64,000 nt of DNA from the NCBI RefSeq assembly GCF_009914755.1, contig NC_060930.1. One strand, given 5' to 3'. The notes beneath the pieces were generated by a model, which worked only from the letters and a program-made list of their open reading frames with translations, ran no database searches and had not been told where the DNA came from. The stretch comes from the human T2T-CHM13v2.0 reference genome, Homo sapiens. Shown one piece after another: positions 10,287 through 24,464 of the stretch. How positions within the stretch are numbered: position 1 is the stretch's first letter; every line of letters starts with the position of its first letter. The translations under genes and the position numbers were made by a program.

Positions 10287-11619
10287 AGTGGTGGCACCTT
10301 TAGATGATGACAACAGTTGAGCTCTTTACTTTTAGTAAGACCGACAGAAATGTAGTCAGTAAAGCACATGTAGTGATAGGCTATCAGTTATGTCTGATAC
10401 ATAAGACAGAATAATATTTCACAATTAGAAAGTACCTTAGAGATCATCTTGCTCACAGTAGATCATTAATATCAATAATTAAAGATGAAGCTTAATCCAC
10501 CATGGTCATCAGTCAGGTGGGGCTTATTCTAAATGCTTAATGTGTCTTAAGCTCATTTCCTTGTTCATATTTGGGTTGCTACTTGGCTAAATCCTTTCAC
10601 CTTAGTACCCTAAGCCAGTTTCCTGGCTTGATACTATTTGATAATGCTCTGCTCAGGAATGATTATATTGGGTGAGAAATGGAGCCCTGGGGTTGTGTGT
10701 TTTGGAACAGTATTCAAGATCAAAGAAAGTTCTTAGTCCATGGTTAATCTGCAAGGCATTTAAGCCACTTCCATAGAGGAGCCCAGATTGTTGGTTAAAT
10801 ATATTGATAATGAAGTCAAAGCTGTGGTTCCAACCCCGATTTTTCCAAGAAAAATGACGTCTGGTTATCACTTTGTACACGAAGTGCTAACCAGGTATCT
10901 TGATAAATTGTTTACAGTAGGTATTGAGAAACCTCATGTGGATTTTTTAATTTGGTTAGATGTGGGATCACTTTTGAGGATGAGGCCAGCTCTCTATGTT
11001 CTCTTTTTCTTCTTGCAGTAGTCCCCAGAAACTCAGTCTGCTTTCCTTTTCTCTCGATGGCTGTCAGCACCCATCTAATGAAATTGTCTTCTCCAAAAGA
11101 CTGACTTTAGGATCAGATACAATTTTCACCAGTGTTTTTTGTCTACCTTGCTGCTTCTGAAAATATACATATAAGCCTTTTAAAATGAAAAGTTTATTAA
11201 CTTATAATTAAATAGACGTAGATGCATATGTGTTGCATTAGGTGAAAAGAAAAACTGCCAGGGAGTTATAAGAGGAAAAACTCTCAGAGCTCACACTGAG
11301 CTGGGAGAAGTTTGAATGCCAACCAGTTAAAGTGGAAAGATCTTGAACATGTGGGGCATTGAGTAGAGACTCAGAAAGGTTGTACTTTCATAAGAGATCC
11401 AAACTGGAGCTAGACTAAAGGCTAATGTATACCAATTTTAAGAAAGCTTAAAAATAAGCCTTGAGAGACTCAAGATGATCTCTAAGTAACCTCATTTTAT
11501 CTGCCAAATAAAAATAGAACATTCCTTAAAGGAAGAAAACAAAATCGAGGCAGGAAATTGCCTGAGGCTGGAGAAAAAATGACAGGAAGGAGAAAGGAGT
11601 GATGAAAAATTCCTCAGAG

Positions 11620-11931
<312 letters not shown>

Positions 11932-12353
11932 TCAGAGCTCATACAAGGCTGGGTAGAATATGTGTTTCAACAATAGTGGATCTTTTAATATAGTACATGG
12001 ATCATTGAGTAGAGTCTTCAGCAAAATATTGGCAAAGTAGGGTTAGGGTTAGGTTAGGGAGATGGGAATAGACTGAAGACTACTCTGGACTTGCCCTAAC
12101 AGAGTTTAAGAGCAACATTTGAAAGGATCAAACTGATTTCAAGTAACTTGAGTGCATCCAAGGGGAGAAAACCCATCAAAATAAAAATAAAAACTACAAT
12201 AAAATCCAGCACCAAAAGTGTAACATTCACAATGATTAGCATCTAATAAAAAGTTACCAGGCATGAAAAAAAAAAGGAAAAGGCAATCCACAGTCAAGAG
12301 AATCTTTAGTCAATGGTAATAGACTGAGAATGACAGATGATGGCATTAGTAAA

Positions 12354-12774
12354 TGATATGGTTTGGCTCTGCGTCCCAACGCAAATCTCATGTTGAATTG
12401 TAACCCCCAGTGTTGGGGGAGGGACCTGATAGGAGGTGACTGGATTATGGTGAACACCTATATGGATATGAATATGGAGTATTCTCCATGGATATGGAGA
12501 ACACCCCTTGGTGTTCTCATAATAGTGAATGAGTTCTCATGAGATCTGGTTGTTTAAAAGCGTGTAGCACTTCCTTCTTTTCCCTCTGTGTCTCCTGCTC
12601 CACCATGGTAAGATGTGCTTGCTTCCCTTTGCCTTCTGCCATTGTAAGTTTCCTGAGGCCTCCTAGCCATGCTTCCTGTTAAGCCTGTGGAACTGCATCA
12701 TTTAAACCTCCTTTCTTCCTAAATTACACAGTCTCAGGTAGTTCTTTATAGCAGTGTGAAAATGGACAAATACA
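12354..12774 (+). mobile_element. Solo MaLR LTR (MSTA/THE1D-like)
   Basis: tgatatggtttggctc...aatggacaaataca termini; 5-bp flanks gtaaa / gtaga. Confidence 0.88.
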
Positions 12775-14996
12775 GTAGATCAGCTACCATAAATATCGTT
12801 CAAGTAGTAGATAAAAACATAATGAAGAAATAAATGGAAGGTATAAAAATGACCCAAATAGAACTTTTAGAGATGAAAAATACAATATCTGAAGTAAGAA
12901 TATACACTGAATAGGATTAAGAGATTAGATACTGGAGAAGAAAATATTAATGAACTTGAATATATAGCTATATAAATTATCCAACATTAAGTACAAAGAA
13001 AAAAGCGTATAAGTTTTGTGTTTCATTATCAAGCAGTCTAATATATATGTAAGTGGCTTCTCAGAAGAATGGAGGGGGATAGAAAAATATTTGAAGAAAT
13101 AATGGTCAAATTTTCCCCCAATTTGATGAAAACTATAAACTCACAGATCCAAGTATCTTAACCAACCCTAAGGAGAAGCAACATGAAAACAAAACAATGA
13201 CATGTCCTAATTAAATTGAAGAGAAAAATCTTAAAACTTGATAGTAAATGACACATGCATTCAGAGAAAGAAACATAAGAATGAGAGCACACTTTTCATC
13301 AGAAGATATGAAGGCAAAAAGGCAATGGAGCAGTATCTTTAAAGTATCTTTCAAAAATGAAGGTGAAGTAAAGACTTTTCAGCCAAACAAATGCTGAGAG
13401 AATTAATCACTAGCAGATCTACACTATAAAAAATGTTCAAGGAAGTTTTTCAGGCAGAAAGAAAATGGTACTAGATGGAAATTTGGATCTTTAGAAAGAA
13501 AGAACACAAGAAATGGAAAATATGTGGATAAATATATAGGCTTTAAAATTTTTTAAGCACTAATAGATAACCGTTTAAGGCAAACTATGGCAATGATATT
13601 TTATGTAAAAGTATAATGTATAATACTAGCAAAAAAACAAAGGAGGAGGAAAATAGAAGTTTACTTTTGTAATTCTTAGACTATTTGTGAAATGACATAA
13701 TGGTATTTGACAATAGACTGATGAAGTAAAACTTGAGTTATCTCTAAAACCTAACAAACAGAGTTAGAGCTAATACAGTAGCTCTAATTATTGTATGGTG
13801 GAGAGTAAATGTAATAAATATTACTCATTTAATTCTAAAGAAGACAGGAAAAGAGGAAAGAAGGAACAAAGATAATACATTTAAACCATATGATATTGAT
13901 ATTTGCATTAATTACAGAAGGTCTAAATTTCAGTTAAAAGGCAGAGATTATCAGATTGGCTAGAAAAGAAGATGCAACTATGAGCTGTCTACATGAGCCC
14001 ACCTTAAATACTAAGACTCAGATAAATTAAAAGTATAAAAGGATAGAAATAGATATGCCATGCAGACATTAATCTGAAGAAAGCTGGAGTAGCTATGTTA
14101 ATAATAGACAAGAAGATTTCAGAGCAAAGAATTTACAGAGGTAAAGAGAGACAATTCATAATGATAAAGGGGTCAAGACATCAAGAATACCTAACAATCT
14201 TAAATGTTTATGCCAGAGCTTCAAAGTACATGAAGCAAAAACTGATGCAATTGAAAGAAGAACTAACTCCACATTTGTAGTTCAGGATTTCAGCTGGTAG
14301 AACAAGTAAACAGAATCAGTAGGGATATAGAGGACATGACAATTGATATAGAACACTTTACCTAGGAACAGCAGAATACTGTATATTCTTTTCAAGTGCA
14401 CATGGAAAATTTACCAAGTAGAACATATTGTAGGCCACAAAACAAGTTTCAATAAATTGAAAAGTATTCAAAGTATGGAAGGGTAGGCAAAGTATGTCCT
14501 ACAGTAGAATTAAATTATAAGTTAACAATAGAAAGATACCTAGAGAATCTCCAAATATTGGAATACTAAGTGATACACTTCTGAATAACCCATGAATAAA
14601 AGAAGAAATGACTGAATAAATTAGAAAGTGCTTTGAACTGGATGAAAACAAAAACACAGCATATCAAAATGCATGGGTAGCGCTTAGAGAGAATTAAGGC
14701 AATAAATTATTTCATTAGAAAAGAAGAAACATCTCAAGGCAATGATCTAAGCTTCTACCTTAAGAAAACAGAAAAAAATGAGCAAACTAAATCCAAAATA
14801 AGCAGAAAGAAAGAAGTAATAAAGAGCAGAAACAATGATATAAGAGCAGATAAATAATAGAGAAAATCAATAGAAACAAAAGCTGGTTCTTAAAAAAGAT
14901 CAATAAAATTGATAAACCTCTAGGTAGAATTATCAGGAAATAAAAAGACACAAATTATCAAATCAGGAATGATAGTAGGGGCATCACTACAGATTT

Positions 14997-15966
14997 AAGA
15001 AACTACCATCAGAGTGAACAGGCAACCTACAGAATGGGAGAGAATGTTTGCAATCTGCTCATCTGACAAAGGGCTAATATCCAGAATCTACAATGAACTC
15101 AAACAAATCTACAAGAAAAAAACAGCCCCATCAAAAAGTGGGCGAAGGATATGAACAGACACTTCTCAAAAGAAGACATTTATGTAGCCAAAAGACACAT
15201 GAAAAAATGCTCATCATCACTGGCCATCAGAGAAATGCAAATCAAAACCACAATGAGATACCATCTCACACCAGTTAGAATGGCGATCATTAAAAAGTCA
15301 GGAAACAACAGGTGCTGGAGAGGATGTGGAGAGATAGGAACACTTTTACACTGTTGGTGGGACTGTAAACTAGTTCAACCATTGTGGAAGTCGGTGTGGT
15401 GATTCCTCAGGAATCTTGAGATATAAATACCATTTGACCATTTCACCCAGCAATCCCATTACTGGATATATACCCAAAGGATTATAAAACATGCTGCTAT
15501 AAAGACACATATACACGTATGTTTATTGTGGCACTATTCACAATAGCAAAGACTTGGAACCAACCCAAATGTCCAACAATGATAGACTGGATTAAGAAAA
15601 TGTGGCACATATATACCATGGAATACTATGCAGCCATAAAAAATGATGAGTTCATGTCTTTTGTAGAGACATGGATGAAGCTGGAAACCATCATTCTCAG
15701 CAAACTATTGCAAGGACAAAAAACCAAACACCGTATGTTCTCACTCATAGGTGGGAACTGAACAATGAGAACACATGGACACAGGAAGGGGAACATCACA
15801 CATTGGGGCCTGTTGTGGTGAGGGGGGAGTGGGGAGGGATAGCATTAGGAGATATACTTAATGTTAAATGACGAGTTGATGGGCTCAGCACACCAACATG
15901 GCACATGTATACATATGTAACTAACCTGCACATTGTACCCTAAAATTTAAAGTAAAAAAAAAAAAA
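14997..15966 (+). mobile_element. 5'-truncated primate L1PA (about L1PA3-5): ORF2 C-terminus, 3'UTR and A tail
   Basis: ORF track gives L1 ORF2 peptides [11 protein letters not shown]...[14 protein letters not shown] and MFIVALFTIAKTWNQPKCP...SLIGGN; G-rich 3'UTR and poly-A. Confidence 0.95.
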
Positions 15967-17842
15967 CATTAAAAGGATAAATAGAGTTTTCAGCAGTATG
16001 AATTCTTTAATTCTTTAGTCTTCCAAGGCCTTTACCCTGAATAAATTGCCTTCCCACATTTCTTACATTTCCAGGTGTAAGCTTTCTGTAAGGGAATATT
16101 ACAAATAGGTCCTAGGGCAACCTGGTGACACCATGCTTTCATAACCTTCCATCTGGCTGACATCAGCTCATTAATCAACAGTTTTTAGACAGGATCATTT
16201 GACAACATGTTCTGTTGAGGTTGCTGGTTTAGCTCTCTGTAAACTATGGTCTGGCTGGGCTGGTGAGGGACTCAAGCCTGAGCAGCCACCATCACTACAC
16301 TTGAGAAGTTCCTTGAGAGATTCAACTGTTTCTTCCGGCTGCTAGGGTCATGCTACATTCCACTTACGTTTCTGCCTTCCTGTCCCATGCTTTGGCAGAT
16401 CATCAGGCTTTCACCCCTAATCTCATCTTCCTTGTGCCCACCTCATCCTGTCCTCTAGCAGTCTTCTCTGGGAATGGTGTCCTTGGGTGCTGTGATGTTT
16501 AGAAACTGAGTGGTCCTATTCATGGTAGCCAAACTTCTTACCTACTTTTTCAGGACTTAAAAGGTTATCAGAGAGACCTGAGGGAGTGCTTTTTGTCTCT
16601 CTGAGGACTTCAGGCTTCTCTCCCACACCTCCCTCTCTCCCTCAGGCTTCTCCCTGCACCCTCAGGCAAGCCAGAGATTTCTGGGGCTCAGTCGAACTCA
16701 GATGGAGAAGTCACTGTCCATTTTTCCCTTTTCTCAGACTTCCAGGAAATTTACAAGTCAAGTGATTGCCTTAGGAGGTGAGGTGAGGGGATAACTTTAT
16801 GGAAACTGGGCTTCCTTTAAATGCTCTCGTTATGAGCATATACTTACCTGCCAGGCACTGGTCTCAGCTCTTACAACATATCAGTGAATAACACAGATGA
16901 AAATTTATGGTGCTCACATTTTGGACGGGCATGTTCAGTTGGCTTTCTATACTCTACATAGACTCTGTGTGTGCCATTTGCTGCAGGTTTGTGTGTGTGG
17001 TGTTGGGGGCATCATGGTGTTGCACTGCCAGTTGTGCTGAAATGGTTTCTCTCACCCAGTCCTAAAGAAGGGATTGGCCCCTAGAAACCTGCTGCCCTTC
17101 TAGATGAGTCAAAGCAAGTGCCCTCTTGATTTTCCCAGTGAGACCCTGCCAGCTCACTACTTTATGGTACCTCTCTGGCTCTGGTCAGCTGGAAGGCAGA
17201 TAGTCTTTGGAGGCAGGGAACCAAGGTGACAATCATGCTGCTCCTGGAGGCAGGCAGTCTTGTTTTGACTACCGGCTTCTTGGTCCAGCTGAATGACAGT
17301 GGGCGAGTTATCTGAGCTGCAAATATTACCTCAAAGGATTAGTGGAATGAACAAATAAAATAATTAACTTTAGCTTATCATGGTGGCTGGCACTTAGTAA
17401 GTCCTCTATGAACAGACATTAGCTATGTTTATCGATATCTTCAACATTATCATTATTTGTATATTTCAGACAGAAGGGTAGCAGGGGATATAGGTAGGTA
17501 TGGACATATATACCAATATGTAATATATATATAATCATTTCAAGGTAACATTGTTTTATTCCCCTTGGTAATTCCTCAAAATATTTTATATCCTCTCCCC
17601 TCAAAAGTTACTCCTTTTATGTATTGTTAATTCTGTTGATATCAGGGCCTATTTTCTCTTTTTCTGTCTTCTGAGTTGAGGTTTTTAGATATAATTCTTT
17701 TATTTCATTTCTATATTTTAATATTCTACCAGCTATTCAAGTCCATTTTTTTCTAGACTATATTAATGTAGCTACTTGGAAAAAAGATTATAACATTTTA
17801 GAAATAAGACTAGTTGTGTTGCAGGTATGTGGAGAGCACACT

Positions 17843-18042
17843 TTGTTTTTGAGACAGGATCTCACTCTGTTGCCCAGGCTGGAGTGCAGGTACAGTCAGC
17901 AGTCATAGCTCACTGCAGCCTTGAACTCCTGAGCTTAAGCGATCCTCCCGTCTCAGCCTCCCAAGTAGCTGGGACTACAGGTGTATGCCCATGTACAAAT
18001 TTTTTTGCAGAGATGGGATCTCATTATGTTGCCCAGGCTAGG
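17843..18042 (-). mobile_element. Truncated AluJ downstream of, or within, the LAMA4 3'UTR
   Basis: Reverse-complement Alu right arm plus a short piece of left arm. Confidence 0.85.
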
Positions 18043-18190
18043 AGCAAACTTTTAATAAAAGGACTTGTGTACTCTTAAATTGAATTTTATGATTTTGTCC
18101 TACTGTTTTTGCTGTGATATCCTCAATGATTCCCATAGAACACACAATAATGGTAATAATAACCTACAGAAGCCTCCTCTCATGTACAAT

Positions 18191-18573
18191 TTTATTTTTC
18201 TTTTAAGGAGATAAGGAAGGGGAAAAAGTAGTTGATTTCCTGTGTTTCTTATTTAGAAAAAATTAAATTATACTGCATTTTTCTAGTATTCTGTTAGAAA
18301 TTTACTTTATTAAACCTTGATAACTTCAGCTATAAACCTAAAATATTCTTCTTATACTGATAGACCAAACAAAAGGGCTAAAAACAAATCTATCATCTAA
18401 TTTAGATTATATGTAAGTTAGTAAGTCTCTTCAAAATAAAGAAAGGTAGTTTTAGGACAGAGATTTTTATATAGATTGAAAGTTATCTTCCCTGGAAGAA
18501 AGGTGAATCTGAGAATCTAGCCGCACTTCAAAAATGTGTGCAAGTGTTTATTTGGAATCCCTTCTATTTTATT
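18191..18573 (-). terminator. LAMA4: Cluster of candidate LAMA4 polyadenylation signals
   Basis: TTTATT on + (AATAAA on -) at 18568-18573, 18547-18552, 18306-18311 and 18191-18196; more at 17699 and 17555. Confidence 0.6.
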
Positions 18574-18854
18574 AGAAACAGAAACAGTAATTTCACCAGT
18601 AGGAATTGCGTGTGCTCTCAATACAAGTAAGTTTGCCACTCCTTCAATTGTTGTCCATTGCAGACACTTTGGATTCAAGGTTAAGAATCCAAATGAGAAA
18701 TAAGAAATATCCGGTCCCTGATGATTCGTTTAAGTCCTGTTCAACTCGATGAAAGCTTCCACCCGAAGGAAGAGTTACTGTTCCTCCTGGCTGGCTTTGT
18801 GTTTCTTTCAGTGCTCTAAAGAACTTTGTATTTGGGCAGCTGTGCTCTGTCATG

Positions 18855-19000
18855 TCAGGCTGCTGGACAGGAGTTGATGCTTACGGCGCCGCTGACCAGG
18901 GCTGCTTTACTGAAGCTCACTGGGTGTCCATCAATCACAAAGTGGCGTATGCAGCCTGTGAAGGGTTTGCTGGGGGCCAAGCGTGGTGTCAGTAGAGATT
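18855..19000 (-). CDS. LAMA4: LAMA4 last coding exon (exon 39): ESLLTPRL...SINSCPAA*, LG5 end
   Basis: Acceptor ttttcAG at 19001-19002, TGA at 18855-18857, 146 nt, phase 1 start. Confidence 0.97.
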
Positions 19001-20449
19001 CTGAAAAGAGCAAGAAATAAAAACAAAGATTGCAATTGAGGTATTCCAAGCCCAAATATTACTTCCTGGTAAAAGTATACATATTTGCTCATATCATCAA
19101 TATGATTTACATTTCAAAAATAGAACATAGTTATAATTGACTCATTTCTCAGTAACATTATTTGCTTGTGAAGTCCTATGGACATGTGGTAATTTTAACG
19201 TTTTGCCATGTTTTCCATGATCACATTTCTGTGTATTGTAGCTGTCTTTCAAGGCTGAAATTTACCACTTACATGTAAAGCCTCAGCAGTGAATTTTCAT
19301 GATCTACCTATGTTTTTTAAAGTTAATTTCACCTGGGCCTCACTTATAATGTGTACTTTGCTAAGAAGGAGGAAAGAAATTTTAGCTTCCACACTATTTT
19401 TGGACTTGGTTAATATTTCTGTTTAATTCATTACCCTTCACCCTTAAGCCTCTACATTTTTGCCTGTTCATAAAATATAATGAGAAAGTAATGAATTCGA
19501 ATAAACTAAGATTCAATTTTTCTGAGCTCAGGGTTTAAGAACTATAAATAGGGTAATGATAACTCGCTTAGTCTTTGTGTGGGCACAAGTGCCCTGTGGT
19601 ATGCCAAGGGAACTTTCTCCTCTTAATTAGAAATCTAGAAGAAGCCTTATGCTTATTAATTGTACAGACACAATTAAATGTGTTAGGATGATAGAAGCAA
19701 TATAATTTAAAGCGATTTAGAGAGCTTAGAAATATAAAATTAAAATCCATTTAGCCAAAGCTTATTATTATTTACAAACAGCTATGTGAGCAGTAGCAGA
19801 TAAAGGATGGAAAACACTTAGAAATCAGTAATTCAGGAAAGAACATAGAACAGCAAATGAAACATCAGCAAGCAGCTGTAATAAGTTTTCTAAGCAATGT
19901 AGGGTAAGAATATGCAGAAGCTGTGTACTGAAAATAAATCATGGAAATAGCATTTTATATTTAGAATGATAATCATAAAAGTTTTAGATTTGGAAGGGGC
20001 CTGAGAGATCAATTCCCTTTATTGTCTCTAGATTAGTGTGACTATTCTTCAAGCCTGCTCAGTGTACTTCATCATTTGGGTAAGAAATGAGTGAACAGGA
20101 ATGCTTATAAGAGGTAGAAACATCTAATACTTCTGCTTACTTTGGAGACCTGACTTAGAACTTAGGTTTTGATTCTGCCCAAGCTTACCATCCTTTGGCT
20201 TATGAGGGAAATCATCTGGAGGTAATAATTCATGTAGCAGTTAGTGGTCTGAATAATTCACCATACAATTAATTGTAGGTAGTGACAGTACAGTGCCCTA
20301 GGATCCTAAGTAATTGATTAATGAAATTAATGCATAATTTTTAGAGAGAATGTTTCCCAGGTTGAATGCTTGACTATATACAAATAATGCAGGATTTTCA
20401 GTAGAGGAATGAATGGTTAGACCCATGGGTGGGCTACATTAACAAAACC

Positions 20450-20760
20450 TTTTTATTTTATTATTATTATTATTTTGAGACAGAGTCTCACTTTGTGGCC
20501 CAGGCTAGAGTGCAGCGGTGTGATCTGTGCTCACTATAGTCTCCAGTTCCTGGGTTCAAGCGATTCCGCTGCCTCAGCCTCCTGAGTAGCTGGAGGGATT
20601 ACAGGCACTCACCACCACACTCAGCTATTTTTTGTATCTTTAATAGAGATGGGGTTTTGCCATGTTGGCCAGGCTGGTTTCCACCTCCTGAGCTCAAGTG
20701 ATCCACCCACCTTGGCCTCCCAAAGTGCTAGGATTACAGGCGCGAGCCACCATGTCCGGC
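20450..20760 (-). mobile_element. Alu (S/J), antisense on +
   Basis: (TTA)n tail followed by a full reverse-complement dimer. Confidence 0.92.
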
Positions 20761-22321
20761 AGAAAAAAAATTCTTTGATTTTTAATTTTGATTTTAAAAC
20801 TATCACACACTAAAGTTGACTTTTTTGGTGTGTAGTTCTAGGAATTTTATGCGTTAGCTTTTTATGGATAGAAATAATGAGTCACCAGAGTTCTGAGTGG
20901 TATTCTTGGAGAATTCAGTGCATTTAGGGGTTTTATTTAGCCTAATTTCTTTAGCTATCCTCTTAATGCCTGGTTTCTGATGTGATTTTAGTGGAATTAA
21001 TCTTGAACAGCTCAAAATGATATAATTAATTACATTTCATCTTAAAGTATAGTTGCTTTTATTCTAGGCTTGCTGGCATAATTCTTAGATGGACTTAAAA
21101 GCTGCAGTGGTGCAGTGGGCTGGTGGTTACGCCCTTCTGGCCTGCTAGCTCCTGTGCTGGCTCATTAACTAAAGTTTGCTATTCATTCTGTGTTTCAGGC
21201 AGGCTGAATTTGGCTTTAGGTACATCTTGCCTGTCCAGTCTGTAGGGCTTAGCAACTCTTGTAGTGAGGGATGATGGCAGTGTGTGAGGCTGGGATCAGA
21301 CTGTGAAAGCAAACAAACAAACAAAAACCAAAGAGAAATATCTGTTTGAAAGATGTAGTAAGTACGTTGGGTGGCATAGTGAAGGACAAATACTCCAACT
21401 TCCATGAGGGAGGGCCATGCTTGTTTTGTCCACCTCCCAAAGCCTAGCACAATGCTTAATAGACAATCCATGCTGTGTGTTGGATATAGTCATGTTCCCT
21501 GCCATCAAGGAATGCACTTCTTAGTTTCAACAATATTCTGTGCTAAGTGCTACAACAGCAGTATGTGTATACATCCTAGGGGGAAAGGGGCGTGTTGTAA
21601 GTAAAAGTCTGAGCTGAGTCCTAAAGGTCAATAGGAGTTAGAATGGGGAGGAATAGGAGAAGTTGTTTCTTAACAAAGGTACTAGGGGAGGAAAGGAAGA
21701 ACATTTCCCAGAAATTGAGGCCCAGTTCCCTTATGGAAAGGCCCGGAGCAAAGATACCATCGTTGAACATTTAGGAACTGCAAGTCCCAGAAGGTGTGGG
21801 GAGATCCCGAAGGCAGGGACAAGGAGGAGACAGATGATCAGGGAGCTTGCATGCTATGGTGAATTTAATCCTGGAGGCTCTTGGGAACCTGTGAAACATT
21901 TTAAACTGTGTTGTGATTTCTGGAGGGAAGCAATGTGCAGAAATATGCACTCATGTGAGACTTTTTCATGCTGCACCTGCATGAAGTGCAGTGCTGGCCT
22001 TTGCCAGAATCCTTTCAAAGCTGAAGTCAGGAACAGGGAGAGGACTGGGGAATGGAGAGGGGAGTGGAAGCAGGAGACAAAGGAGAAGAGTTGCTTTGCG
22101 AGGGTCTCAAATATTTTTTTTCACACCGGGTTACTATTATTGTCAATACTAGTATTTGAAAAATTCAGACAAAGAAGAGTGCTTAGTTGTTACTATTTTT
22201 GGAGTACCCAAGGTCAGATGCTTAATTTTATCTGTGCTTCTTGCTCTCTTCTTTAAAGCATTGTCTGTCTTTATGGGTCAGTTTAAAAATAATCTATTAG
22301 AAGATTATTAAAATCTCCACC

Positions 22322-22736
22322 AAGCCAAGCACAGAAAGACAAATATCATGTGTCCTCACTCACATACATGAGCTTAAGAAGTAAATCTCATGGAGAGAGG
22401 TAGAGAGTAGTTGGTAGTTACTAGAGGCTGGGAAGGGAAGGGGGAAGAAGGAGATGAAAATAACTTGGTTAATGGATACAAAAATACAGTTAGATAGAAG
22501 GAATAATTTCTAGAATTTCATAGTACAATAGGGAAATTATAGTTAAGGATAATTTATTGTGCATTTCAAAATAGCTAGAAGAGAAGAATTGTAATGTTAC
22601 CAACACAAAGAAAAGATAAATGTTTTAGGTGGTGGATATTGCAATTATCCTGATTTGATCATTACACATTGTATACAGGTATCAAAATATCACATGTACC
22701 CCCAAAATATGTACAACTATGATATGTCAATTAAAA
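22322..22736 (+). mobile_element. L1MA 3' end fragment
   Basis: aagccaagcacagaaagacaaata...tttcaaaatagctagaagagaa...cacatgtacccc. Confidence 0.85.
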
Positions 22737-23493
22737 ACTCCCCACCAAGTTCCAGCTGCAAAAGCTGGGTTATTTCCCTTTTAAATCCCACTCCCCAGCC
22801 ATAGCATTCAGGTTTTCCAAGTTAGTGAAATGTGTAAAAACAAATGCATTCAATATGAGGACATGGTCCTTGCTTCACAGGTTTAAAACAATTGGGGTGT
22901 TTGTGTGTTGTCCATAAGTGTCCTGTCACCATCCGGGATTATACACCATTCTTGGCAGATGACAGCAGCAGTGACTGATGATGTTTACAGAATTGCAGCT
23001 GGGAACCTCTCTGAGGGAATGTCACTACCAATGGACAACAACTTATGGTCTGCAGCTGTTTTTGCAGTTCAGACTAATCATGGACCGAACTGTGCATTTT
23101 TTCCTACTGAGGAAGGGGAGCAACTAACAGCAAACTTAATCCTCCAAAGTTCTCAGATCCTACTGTAGTGTTAGTCAATGAGTTTTCTTTGTGTTAGAGA
23201 TAAAATAAGAGTATGTGTGTCACTGTGTGTATGTGTGTGGCGGGCACTTAAAAGGGAAAGGAAAGAAAAAAATAAGCAAATATGGCAAGGGAGAGTAATA
23301 GCCACTGGCTGGAATGCTGGGGTCTAGTTCTTACATGTCACTTTATTATGCCTTTTCCATTTAAACAACACTGTATATAAAATCCTTTGAGTAACTAGGT
23401 GCATCATAAAAACACATGGCTCAATTCTACAATAACAATTGTGAGAACTCAGTTTTTTGGATTGGGAACTTTTCCTTTTTAAACAACACTTAC

Positions 23494-23613
23494 CTGGAAC
23501 ACCTCCAACAAACACAGGCTCCCTGTGATCAATTGGTTTTGGATTCAGGGGTCCAACCACATGGTTCACTTCAGAGTCCACATCCAACTGAACCACATTA
23601 GAATCTCTAATAA
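23494..23613 (-). CDS. LAMA4: LAMA4 exon 38 (VIRDSNVV...FVGGVP)
   Basis: 120 nt, CAG/GTAAGT boundaries, phase 1-1. Confidence 0.96.
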
Positions 23614-24080
23614 CTGAAATGCAGGGCAAAGACTGGTCATAAGTGGCACTGGAGTGATGAATTTTTAACCTGAGAAAGACTATTTATCACAGCAATTGCT
23701 TTTATTTATTCCAGAATAAAACCCACACTTTCTTCTATATTATTAAAATCATCAATGATGTCTAACAATGTCTAACCAAGAGATTACTGTAACATTTTCC
23801 TTAGAAAGGGAGAATATTTAGAATATTCTTGTGCTACTTTTTTTTGCCCTATAAGTTATGCATTATTGAAGCAACCCCTTAACACAATTTTGCAGCGTTC
23901 ATATTTTGAAATCACATGTGGATTCAGTATACACATAATAGTATAATAACATGATTTTCTTTTCTTGGATACTTTTAGACTGTCATGCATTACCTATCAT
24001 ATAAGTGATAGCCTAAGTTCTGCCAGATCATAATCTTACAGTTGGGTGTGCAGGCTCCCCAGGGCAGTCAGTTTTCTCAC

Positions 24081-24174
24081 CTGTAATTCTGTGCCATCTG
24101 CCATCACAGAGACTCTGCTTGGGTGTAACTGAGGTGGAAAAATCTCTGATGCCATTATTGACTTTCACTATGAC
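24081..24174 (-). CDS. LAMA4: LAMA4 exon 37 (VIVKVNNG...WHRIT)
   Basis: 94 nt, CAG/GTGAGA, phase 0-1; translated by hand, absent from the ORF track. Confidence 0.95.
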
Positions 24175-24464
24175 CTGCAAAAGATAGGACACATTGTATG
24201 ATTTAGTTTGTCCTCATTGTGATAAAACTGAATTTCTTAAATAATTTACCACAGTGAAGCAGTACTTCAACAAATATTCACACATGATTAGCTTTGCAAT
24301 TTGAACACAAGGGTCTTTGGCAGCCTATAGAAATAGGTTCAACTGGGGGTGCTCTTTGGGGAGAGAACAAAGTGACTTCATAGGGGAGAAAATTGCGAGA
24401 GAGGGACAATAATAAATAGAATAAATCCCTTTAATTTCTAAAGATTGAGTGTGTTATACAAAGC

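Noticed and set aside
12452-12506. Small hairpin ATGGAG-TATT-CTCCAT in an insert within the MaLR LTR
   Set aside because: A 6-bp stem in a local slippage patch; too short to support an ncRNA call.
15093-15871. L1 ORF2-like peptides as an active retroelement
   Set aside because: About 1-kb 5'-truncated copy with a broken frame; cannot be autonomous.
17105-17111. AP-1 site TGAGTCA as an intergenic enhancer (others near 5410, 20877, 27126, 31142, 63834)
   Set aside because: Isolated 7-mers at about chance frequency for 64 kb, with no clustering.
21663-22256. 197-aa ORF antisense to LAMA4 intron 38
   Set aside because: Starts at TTG, has no recognisable domain or splice support and lies in decayed repeat-like purine-rich DNA; probably chance.
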